Notes under the pieces: model-generated
Database searches by the model: none
Told to the model about the DNA's origin: nothing
The model's input: only the letters and a program-made list of their open reading frames with translations
Program-made: the position numbers and the translations under genes
NCBI GenBank assembly: GCA_021325315.1
Contig: JAJPHK010000054.1
Coordinates: forward strand, 25,737-89,736
DNA length: 64,000 nucleotides
Reading direction: 5' to 3'
DNA from: Alphaproteobacteria bacterium
Lineage (GTDB): Bacteria; Pseudomonadota; Alphaproteobacteria; Rhizobiales; Xanthobacteraceae
Part shown: positions 56,869-64,000 of the stretch, piece after piece
Position numbering within the stretch: the first letter of the stretch is position 1
How the letters are laid out: every line of letters starts with the position of its first letter

Positions 56869-57369
56869 TTACGGCAGTTTATCGTAGCCCTGCGCGAAGC
56901 CGTTCAGGCTCACCGGAATGCCGATTCCTTCTTCCGGTGTCTGGAAGATAATGAAGACGGCGTCCTTGCCGCCCTTGAGCTGGCCTGCGAGTTTTTCGTC
57001 CATCTCGACGTCGGCGACGCAGCCGTTCGGGAGACACCGCACGAAACCGACCCGGCCGATATCCGTGCCGTCGACCTTGAGCCCGAGCCCTTTCGGCAAC
57101 AAGACGCCGAGCGGCGCCAGCACTCGCATCAGGCGGCCTTTCTGGTCGGCGGTCTTCAGAATAATGATGGTGAGCCCGACATTGGGGCGGTCGTCGGCGG
57201 TAACGCTTTGAATGAGTGCGCATTGCTCGTTTTTCGCGCCGGGCGGCGTATCGCAACGAATTTGCCAGTCACCGTGAACGGATTTCACGACACCTTGCGC
57301 GCGCGCAGGAAATGAGAAGGCCAGGAAGAGGACCGAAACGAGAATTGCCAATCGGGAAAAATGCATCAT
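56869..57369 (-). CDS. Invasion-associated locus B (IalB) family periplasmic protein
   Basis: Signal peptide. The HGDWQIRCD...EQCALIQSV pattern is typical of IalB. Confidence 0.8.
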   Translation of the reverse strand: MMHFSRLAILVSVLFLAFSFPARAQGVVKSVHGDWQIRCDTPPGAKNEQCALIQSVTADDRPNVGLTIIILKTADQKGRLMRVLAPLGVLLPKGLGLKVDGTDIGRVGFVRCLPNGCVADVEMDEKLAGQLKGGKDAVFIIFQTPEEGIGIPVSLNGFAQGYDKLP

Positions 57370-57759
57370 GAACGGAGCCAGGCTGTCATTCCTTTCGGCC
57401 GCTGCGAATCGTTTTCGCCCTTTCCGTATGACGGGAAGTAGCCCGAGGTACAACGCCGCCTGTCCATGTCAAGAATACGGCGCGCGCGAGCGGTGAATTA
57501 TCCGAAAAATCGCCTGTTCTGAGCGGAATTTTTGCCCTGCAGCTTTCGCCTTATGGCGTTGAAAGGGCCGTGGAATTATGTTTGATGGTCGCGAAGCCGC
57601 GGCATTCGCGGCCCATCCGCGATCTTGGGGAGCATCCGGAAAAACAACGATTTTGCGCGGCCTTGCGCTGACCATTCGTTGAGTTCCGGAGGGAAGTCCC
57701 CAATAGTATGTTGCATTGCGGCCGGGCGCGGTCTCGGAGGCGAAAGAGAAGAACCGGAA

Positions 57760-58623
57760 ATGCGACCAATGTTGAACAGAATTCATCAGACGGCTTTGAC
57801 CGCTTTTTTCACGCTCGCGGGACTCCTTCCGGCGGCCGCTGCACAGCGAGGCCAGCCTTCGCCATGGGAGATCTATTTCCAGCCGCCCGCGACGCCGATC
57901 ATGGAGTTCATCGAAACCTTCCATGGCTGGCTTTTGATTATCATCACCCTCATCACGCTTCTGGTCACGGTGCTGCTTGGCTACTGCATGTATGCCTTCA
58001 ATGCGAAGCGCAATCCGAGGCCATCGAGGGTCACGCACAACACGCCGCTCGAAATCGTCTGGACCGTAATCCCCGTGCTCATCCTGGTCGGCATCGCCAT
58101 TCCGTCTTTCCGGCTCCTGTACGATCAGCTCACCATCCCGAAGAGCGATCTCACGGTGAAGGCAACCGGCACCGCGCAATGGACGTGGACCTATGCCTAC
58201 CCGGACAATGGCGGCTTCAGCTACGATTCCGTCATGCTGCAGGATAACGAGCGCAAGCCTGACCAGCCGCGCTTGCTGGCCGTCGATAACCCGCTTGTCG
58301 TGCCGGTGAACAAGGTTGTCCGCGTGCAGGTGACGGGCGAGGGGATCATCCACTCGTGGTCTGTGCCGTCCTTCGGCATCAAGATCGATGCGGTTCCCGG
58401 CCGTCTGAACGAGACCTGGCTTAAGGCCGAGCATGAAGGCATGTATTACGGCCAGTGCTCGCAGCTTTGCGGCAAGAATCACGCCTATATGCCGATCGCC
58501 GTCCGGGTCGTGAGCGAACAAGAATTCGCGAACTGGGTTGAACAGGCGAAGAAGAAGTATTCGGCCGTGCCGGGCCTCGCGCCCAACAACGTAGCGTCCG
58601 CCGCCGAACCGGCGCGGCAATAA
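57760..58623 (+). CDS. coxB: Cytochrome c oxidase (aa3) subunit II
   Basis: CuA site (HSWSVPSFGIKIDAVPGRLN...CSQLCGKNHAYM). The start was set at ATG 57760. Confidence 0.93.
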   Translation: MRPMLNRIHQTALTAFFTLAGLLPAAAAQRGQPSPWEIYFQPPATPIMEFIETFHGWLLIIITLITLLVTVLLGYCMYAFNAKRNPRPSRVTHNTPLEIVWTVIPVLILVGIAIPSFRLLYDQLTIPKSDLTVKATGTAQWTWTYAYPDNGGFSYDSVMLQDNERKPDQPRLLAVDNPLVVPVNKVVRVQVTGEGIIHSWSVPSFGIKIDAVPGRLNETWLKAEHEGMYYGQCSQLCGKNHAYMPIAVRVVSEQEFANWVEQAKKKYSAVPGLAPNNVASAAEPARQ

Positions 58624-58646
58624 ATTCGAGACAGAGGTAGAAGATC

Positions 58647-60245
58647 ATGGCTAATGCAGCAGCTCATGCCGAACATCACAATCCGACGGGAATTCGGCGG
58701 TGGCTCTTTTCCACCAACCACAAGGATATCGGCACGCTGTATCTGATCGAAGCGATCTTCGCGGGCGTGCTCGGCGGGTTGTTTTCCGCCGCGATGCGCG
58801 CCGAGCTTGCCGAGCCGGGCGTGCAGTTCTTCCACAGCGCCCACGCCTTCAATGCCGTCGCGACGGCCCATGGCGTCATCATGATCTTCTTCATGATCAT
58901 GCCGGCCTTGATCGGCGGTTTCGGCAACTGGTTCGTGCCGCTGATGATCGGCGCGCCGGACATGGCGTTCCCGCGCATGAACAACGTCTCGTACTGGTTC
59001 CTGGTTGCGGCGCTCATCCTCCTCGTCGTTTCGATGTTCGTTCCGGGCGACGCGGAAGGCACGGGGTTCGCAGGCGGGTGGACGATCTACCCGCCGCTGT
59101 CGTCAAAAGCCGGACAACCGGGGCCGGCGATGGACTGCGTGATCTTCGCGCTGCATTTGGCGGGCGCCTCGTCCATTCTCGGCGCGATCAATTTCATCAC
59201 TACGATTCTGAACATGCGCGCGCCCGGCATGACGCTGCACAAGATGCCGCTATTCGTGTGGTCGATTCTGGTGACCGCGTTCCTGCTTCTTCTGGCGCTG
59301 CCCGTTCTCGCGGGCGCGATCACGATGCTGCTCACCGACCGTAACTTCGGAACGACTTTCTTCGATCCACAGGGCGGCGGCGATCCGCTTCTCTTTCAGC
59401 ACCTGTTCTGGTTCTTCGGTCATCCCGAGGTGTACATCCTCGTGCTGCCCGCCTTCGGCGTGATCAGCCAGGTGATCTCGACCTTCTCGAAGAAGCCGGT
59501 CTTCGGCTATCTCGGAATGGCCTACGCCATGGTCGCGATCGACGCGATCGGCTTCGTCGTCTGGGCGCACCACATGTACACGGTCGGCATGAGCTTCCCG
59601 GCGCAGGCCTATTTCATGGTTGCGACCATGGTGATCGCGGTGCCGACGGGCATCAAGGTATTCTCCTGGATCGCCACGATGTGGGGCGGTTCGATCGAAT
59701 TCCGCACGCCGATGTTGTGGGCGATCGGATTCATCTTCCTGTTCACCATCGGCGGCGTCACCGGGGTCGTGATTTCGAACGCCGGTGTCGATCGCTCGCT
59801 GCACGATACCTATTATGTGATCGCGCACTTCCACTACACGATGTCGCTCGGCGCCACCTTCGGCATCTTCTGCGCCTGGTACTACTGGTTCCCGAAGATG
59901 ACCGGTTACAGCTATTCCGAATTTCTCGGAAAGCTGCATTTCTGGCTCACCTTCATCGGAGTGAACCTCGTTTTCTTCCCGCAGCACTTCCTCGGGCTCT
60001 CCGGCATGCCGCGCCGCATTGTCGATTATCCCGACGCCTTCGCGGGCTGGAACATGGTTTCGTCCATCGGCGCCGCGATTTCTACCGTCGGCATGTTCGT
60101 GTTCCTCTATACGATCGCGGAAGCCTTCATGAGGAAGCGGAGAGCCGCGGACAATCCGTGGGGCGTAGGCGCCACCACCCTCGAGTGGACGGTCTCGTCG
60201 CCGCCGCCGTTCCACACCTTCGAGACGCTGCCGCGGATCAAGTAA
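58647..60245 (+). CDS. coxA: Cytochrome c oxidase (aa3) subunit I
   Basis: Canonical haem-copper oxidase subunit I sequence ([24 protein letters not shown]). Confidence 0.95.
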   Translation: MANAAAHAEHHNPTGIRRWLFSTNHKDIGTLYLIEAIFAGVLGGLFSAAMRAELAEPGVQFFHSAHAFNAVATAHGVIMIFFMIMPALIGGFGNWFVPLMIGAPDMAFPRMNNVSYWFLVAALILLVVSMFVPGDAEGTGFAGGWTIYPPLSSKAGQPGPAMDCVIFALHLAGASSILGAINFITTILNMRAPGMTLHKMPLFVWSILVTAFLLLLALPVLAGAITMLLTDRNFGTTFFDPQGGGDPLLFQHLFWFFGHPEVYILVLPAFGVISQVISTFSKKPVFGYLGMAYAMVAIDAIGFVVWAHHMYTVGMSFPAQAYFMVATMVIAVPTGIKVFSWIATMWGGSIEFRTPMLWAIGFIFLFTIGGVTGVVISNAGVDRSLHDTYYVIAHFHYTMSLGATFGIFCAWYYWFPKMTGYSYSEFLGKLHFWLTFIGVNLVFFPQHFLGLSGMPRRIVDYPDAFAGWNMVSSIGAAISTVGMFVFLYTIAEAFMRKRRAADNPWGVGATTLEWTVSSPPPFHTFETLPRIK

Positions 60246-60246
60246 G

Positions 60247-61161
60247 ATGAACCAGGCCGGCGCCTCACGCTCGGCCGAAGTGCTGCCGGGCTTTTCGGAT
60301 GTTGCGGATTATTTCGCGCTTCTAAAGCCGCGCGTGATGTCGCTCGTCGTGTTCACGGCGCTTGTCGGATTACTTCGCGCGCATGGCGACCTGCATCCGT
60401 TCCTCGGCTTCACGGCGCTTCTCTGCATCGCTATCGGCGCCGGTGCGTCGGGCGCGCTCAACATGTGGTGGGACGCCGATATCGACGCGCGCATGGGGCG
60501 CACCTGTGCTCGTCCGATCCCGGCGGGCCGCGTACCGGCGGGGGAGGCGCTCGCGGTGGGTCTCACACTTTCGGTCGCTTCGGTCGTGATGCTGGGCCTG
60601 TTCGCCGGGTTCCTGGCGGCGGGGCTTCTTGCGTTTACGATCTTCTTCTACGCCGTCATCTACACGATGTGGCTGAAGCGCTGGACCGCCCAGAATATCG
60701 TGATCGGGGGCGCGGCTGGCGCGTTTCCGCCGATGATCGGCTGGGCTGCCGCGACGGGCTCGATCGGCCTTGAAAGCATAATCCTTTTCCTGATGATTTT
60801 CTTCTGGACGCCGCCGCATTTCTGGGCGCTCGCGCTTTTGCGCAAGGACGACTACGCGCGTGTGGGCGTTCCGATGCTTCCGAATGTCGCCGGCGACCAG
60901 GAGACGCGAAAGCAGATCGTGATCTATGCCGCGATCATGGCGGCGGTCGGCGTCCTGCCGGCGCTTCTCGGCTTCGCGGGGATTTTCTACGGCGCTGTAT
61001 CCGCCGTTCTTGGCGCGATTTTCTTCGCGCTCGCGCTCGACGTTTGGCGGAAGACACGCGGGGCCGCCGCCGAAATGGCGGCAAGGCGCCTGTTCGCGTT
61101 CTCCGTTCTTTATCTTTTCTTGTTGTTTGCCGTTCTTCTCGTCGAAGGGATGGGCTGGTAA
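60247..61161 (+). CDS. ctaB: Protoheme IX farnesyltransferase (haem O synthase)
   Basis: UbiA-family motifs ([19 protein letters not shown]) at the expected position in the cox cluster. Confidence 0.92.
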   Translation: MNQAGASRSAEVLPGFSDVADYFALLKPRVMSLVVFTALVGLLRAHGDLHPFLGFTALLCIAIGAGASGALNMWWDADIDARMGRTCARPIPAGRVPAGEALAVGLTLSVASVVMLGLFAGFLAAGLLAFTIFFYAVIYTMWLKRWTAQNIVIGGAAGAFPPMIGWAAATGSIGLESIILFLMIFFWTPPHFWALALLRKDDYARVGVPMLPNVAGDQETRKQIVIYAAIMAAVGVLPALLGFAGIFYGAVSAVLGAIFFALALDVWRKTRGAAAEMAARRLFAFSVLYLFLLFAVLLVEGMGW

Positions 61162-61328
61162 TGGCATCGACAAAGCAAAAGCGCGGAATCGTGCTCACTG
61201 AGGAGCAGCAGCGCATTCGCCGCACGCGTTCGATCGCGCTCGCCCTTGTGCTCGCGGGCTTTGCGATCCTGTTTTACCTGGTCACGATCGTGAAGCTCGG
61301 GCCGGGAGTATTGAATCGTCCGCTATGA
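61161..61328 (+). CDS. Small single-TM protein of the cox cluster (CoxF-like, 55 aa)
   Basis: The ATG overlaps the ctaB stop (TAATG). The TM segment is IALALVLAGFAILFYLVTIV. Its stop overlaps the ctaG start. Confidence 0.6.
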   Translation: MASTKQKRGIVLTEEQQRIRRTRSIALALVLAGFAILFYLVTIVKLGPGVLNRPL

Positions 61329-61972
61329 AGAAAGCGAAGAAGAAAACCGGAGCGAAAACCCGGACAAGCGGCAAAGTCATTCCTCCGCTTGCTCCGCGCA
61401 CGTATCTCCTGAACCGGCATCAGGCGGTAGCGCTCTCTTGTGCGGTTTTCGCCGTCGCAATGGTCGGCGCGGCCTACGCGGCCGTCCCGCTCTACAACTG
61501 GTTCTGCCGCACCACCGGATTCGGCGGGACGCCCCTCGTCGCGGAGGAGGCACCGTCAGCGCCGATTTCCCGCAAGATCACGGTACGCTTCGACGGCAAT
61601 GTCGCGGGCGGTCTGCCGTGGACCTTCGGTCCCGACCAGTCCTCGGTCACCATCAATATCGGCCAGACGACGCTTTTCCATTACACCGCGAAGTCTTTCA
61701 GCCGGACAGAGACCGAAGGGATCGCCTCCTACAATGTCTCTCCGCCTGAGGCGGCGGGCTATTTCAACAAGCTGCAATGCTTCTGCTTCACGAATCAGAA
61801 GCTCGGGCCGGGCGAGAAGATGGACATGCCGGTCGTTTTCTTCGTCGATCCCGCGATCGACAAGGACCCGCAATTCCGTTCGCTCGACACGATCACGCTT
61901 TCCTACACATTCTTCCCCGCCAGGAAGCCGGCGAATTCGGTCTCGGCGGTGGAGGGCAACAAACTGCGCTAA
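61325..61972 (+). CDS. ctaG: Cytochrome c oxidase copper-insertion assembly protein CtaG/Cox11
   Basis: PLYNWFCRTTGFGGTP and CFCF motifs. Confidence 0.92.
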   Translation: MKKAKKKTGAKTRTSGKVIPPLAPRTYLLNRHQAVALSCAVFAVAMVGAAYAAVPLYNWFCRTTGFGGTPLVAEEAPSAPISRKITVRFDGNVAGGLPWTFGPDQSSVTINIGQTTLFHYTAKSFSRTETEGIASYNVSPPEAAGYFNKLQCFCFTNQKLGPGEKMDMPVVFFVDPAIDKDPQFRSLDTITLSYTFFPARKPANSVSAVEGNKLR

Positions 61973-62041
61973 ATCGCGCTTGCGGCACGGCAAAAGCCGT
62001 GCTGTTAGAGCGGTTGCAAGAGGGGACTACGGAGAAGAACG

Positions 62042-62884
62042 ATGGCCGACGTTCACGTAAAACAGCACGATTATCATCTCGTCGACCCGTCGCCGTGGCC
62101 GGTCGTCACCGGCATTTCCGCCGTCATCCTCACGCTCGGCGCCGTCTACTGGTTTCACGGCGGCACGCCCTGGATCATGCCGGTTGGCGCGCTCGGCATC
62201 GTTTACGTGATGTTCGCCTGGTGGCGCGACGTCATCAACGAAGCGCAGTACAAGGGCGATCACACCCGCGTCGTTCAGCTCCACCTCCGCTATGGCATGA
62301 TCATGTTCATCGCCTCCGAGGTGATGTTCTTCGTCGCGTGGTTCTGGGCCTATTTCGACGTCGCGCTGTTTCCGGGCGATGCGCACGAATATCTCCGCGT
62401 CGAAGCGATCGGCGGCGTTTGGCCGCCGAAGAACATCACGACGCTCGATCCGTGGCATTTCCCGCTTTTGAATACGCTGATCCTGCTCACCTCCGGCACG
62501 ACCGTGACCTGGGCGCACCACGCGCTGATCGAAAACGACCGCAAGGGCCTGGTGCAGGGGCTCGCGCTCACCATCCTGCTCGGTATCGCCTTCACCTGCG
62601 TGCAGGCTTATGAATATGCGCATGCGCCGTTTACCTTCACCGGCGGCATCTACGGCTCGACCTTCTTCATGGCGACGGGCTTCCATGGCGCGCATGTCAT
62701 CATCGGCACGATCTTCCTCATCGTCTGCCTGCTTCGCGCGATGCGCGGCCACTTCACGCCCACGCATCACTTCGGCTTCGAGGCGGCCGCCTGGTACTGG
62801 CACTTCGTCGACGTCGTCTGGCTGTTCCTCTTCACCTTCATCTACGTGTGGGGAGCGGGCGTCGCAGTGGAGCACGGCGGCTGA
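62042..62884 (+). CDS. coxC: Cytochrome c oxidase (aa3) subunit III
   Basis: HDYHLVDPSPWP N-terminus and ATGFHGAHVIIGT / AAAWYWHFVDVVWLFLF motifs. Confidence 0.94.
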   Translation: MADVHVKQHDYHLVDPSPWPVVTGISAVILTLGAVYWFHGGTPWIMPVGALGIVYVMFAWWRDVINEAQYKGDHTRVVQLHLRYGMIMFIASEVMFFVAWFWAYFDVALFPGDAHEYLRVEAIGGVWPPKNITTLDPWHFPLLNTLILLTSGTTVTWAHHALIENDRKGLVQGLALTILLGIAFTCVQAYEYAHAPFTFTGGIYGSTFFMATGFHGAHVIIGTIFLIVCLLRAMRGHFTPTHHFGFEAAAWYWHFVDVVWLFLFTFIYVWGAGVAVEHGG

Positions 62885-63279
62885 AAAAGCCATCTACCCG
62901 GCACACGGATTTTCCGCCGGTCTCTCCCTATCTTGCCGGCATACGCGGCCGCTGTCCGAGTTGCGGGCAGGGGAAGTTGTTCTCCGGCTTTCTCGATCTT
63001 GCGAAGCGCTGCAGCGTTTGCGGGTTCGACTACCGTTCCGCCGATCCGGGCGACGGGCCTGCGGTGTTCGTGATCTTGATCGCGGGTTTCCTTGTCGTAG
63101 GCCTCGCCGTCGTCGTCGAATTCGTCTTCCGGCCGCCTTATTGGGTGCACGCGGTATTGTGGATTCCGCTGGTGCTTGCCTCCACGCTCGGTCTCTTGCG
63201 GCCGCTGAAGGGGATCTTGGTCGCGCTGCAATTTCATCATAAGGCGGCGCAGGGAAAGCTCGACCGGGATCAGCGGTGA
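62848..63279 (+). CDS. DUF983 family zinc-ribbon membrane protein
   Basis: CPSCGQGKLF...CSVCGF zinc ribbon followed by two TM segments. The start codon is uncertain; the listed GTG overlaps coxC by 37 nt. Confidence 0.7.
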   Translation: MGSGRRSGARRLKKPSTRHTDFPPVSPYLAGIRGRCPSCGQGKLFSGFLDLAKRCSVCGFDYRSADPGDGPAVFVILIAGFLVVGLAVVVEFVFRPPYWVHAVLWIPLVLASTLGLLRPLKGILVALQFHHKAAQGKLDRDQR

Positions 63280-64000
63280 ATCGTCCGAAGCAATCCGCTC
63301 GCAGCCGGGCGACGAAAGCCGCCCGCAAGCCGCTCTGGCAGCGGCTCTTGTGGCCCGGCGTCTTCGCCCTCGTTGCCTTTGCCATTTTGTGCGGGCTCGG
63401 CTTCTGGCAATTGCAGCGGCTTGCGTGGAAGGAAGAACTGATCGCCCGTGCGGAAAGCCGCCACAGCGCCACGGAAGCCGCGCCTCTCCGCGACGAGAAG
63501 GACTGGCCGAAGGTCAATGCGGAAACCGATGAATATCGCCGCGTGAAAGTCACCGGCAAATACCGCTACGGCCGAGAGTCGTTCGCCTACGCACTGCTCT
63601 CCGACGCGAAAGGAAAATTCTCGGGTCCCGGCTATTGGGTGATGACGCCGCTCGAGCTTGCGAATGGCTCCATGGTCATCGTCAACCGCGGCTTCGTGCC
63701 GATGGATCGCATGGACCTTCCCACCAGGGCGGGACCGGAGGGCGAGCAGGTCACCGTCACCGGTCTTCTTCGCATACCGGAGGGCCGCCACTGGTTTACG
63801 CCCGCCGACGATCCCGCGCGCGGCATCTGGCAGGAGCGCGATCCGGCGGCGATCGCGAAGGCCTATGGGCTTTCCCGCGTCGCGCCCTTCTTCATCGACG
63901 CCGAGACGAGCGGCCCGAACGGCCTGCCGCAAGCGGGCGAGACCCGCGTCTCGTTCCTGAATAACCACCTGCAATACGCCGTCACGTGGTTTGGGCTTGC
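63276..64000 (+). CDS. surf1: SURF1 family cytochrome oxidase biogenesis protein. The 3' end lies outside the window.
   Basis: My translation from GTG 63276 (which overlaps the DUF983 stop) gives VNRPKQSA...GLGFWQLQRLAWKEELI...VIVNRGFVP...NNHLQYAVTWFGL. No stop occurs before the window edge, so it is absent from the ORF track. Confidence 0.85.
   Translation, partial: MNRPKQSARSRATKAARKPLWQRLLWPGVFALVAFAILCGLGFWQLQRLAWKEELIARAESRHSATEAAPLRDEKDWPKVNAETDEYRRVKVTGKYRYGRESFAYALLSDAKGKFSGPGYWVMTPLELANGSMVIVNRGFVPMDRMDLPTRAGPEGEQVTVTGLLRIPEGRHWFTPADDPARGIWQERDPAAIAKAYGLSRVAPFFIDAETSGPNGLPQAGETRVSFLNNHLQYAVTWFGL

Noticed and set aside
1-64000. CRISPR arrays, transposases/IS elements, prophage genes, toxin-antitoxin pairs or known defence systems
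   Set aside because: Reading both strands, I found no regularly spaced direct repeats, no DDE or serine/tyrosine recombinase-like ORFs and no defence-type domain combinations. All sizeable ORFs are accounted for by the features listed.

Overview
This is a high-GC alphaproteobacterial chromosome segment. Gene content and a PGHDE-type palindromic repeat suggest Rhizobiales/Hyphomicrobiales; that assignment is an inference and was not searched. About 80 features are supported.

The window falls into three parts.

(i) 1-16.2 kb looks more AT-rich by eye and is an oxygen-sensing/stress block. It holds a fixK-orf137-usp operon divergent from fixL-fixJ. Downstream are genes preceded by FixK/FNR-type boxes (TTGA-N6-TCAA):
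- an Acg-type nitroreductase
- a 34-aa peptide translationally coupled to a c-type cytochrome
- two CBS-pair+BON proteins with an APH-like/P-loop bifunctional kinase
- a third CBS+BON copy broken by a frameshift
- a second tandem USP
- an eRF1-like small protein with the ferritin-VIT1 iron exporter mbfA

The block ends with an MFS transporter and a degenerate tRNA-Phe-like sequence.

(ii) 16.3-57.4 kb is mixed accessory and housekeeping content: capA-like, arsC, a GntR/SBP/RraA-like trio, rfbACDB, a TDT transporter, a CHAP protein, iorAB-like (large subunit frameshifted), tRNA-Arg(UCG), IclR+thiolase, glpDK, pgi, mutL, rsmD, rluB, tadA, a fluoroacetate-dehalogenase-like hydrolase, purD, xseA, lpxK-waaA-DUF374-DUF4170, ubiA, rsmE, ybdK-like+gshA, an HxlR remnant, a KefB/C-type antiporter and ialB.

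(iii) 57.8-64 kb is an aa3-type cytochrome c oxidase cluster: coxB-coxA-ctaB-coxF-ctaG-coxC-DUF983-surf1.

I found no transposase, integrase, CRISPR array or recognisable defence system.

The most interesting signal is the FixLJ-FixK block. Its gene set parallels the actinobacterial DosR dormancy regulon, and at its core is an uncharacterised CBS-BON/kinase operon.

Many very long ORFs on the opposite strand of real genes are GC-driven shadow ORFs and were rejected.
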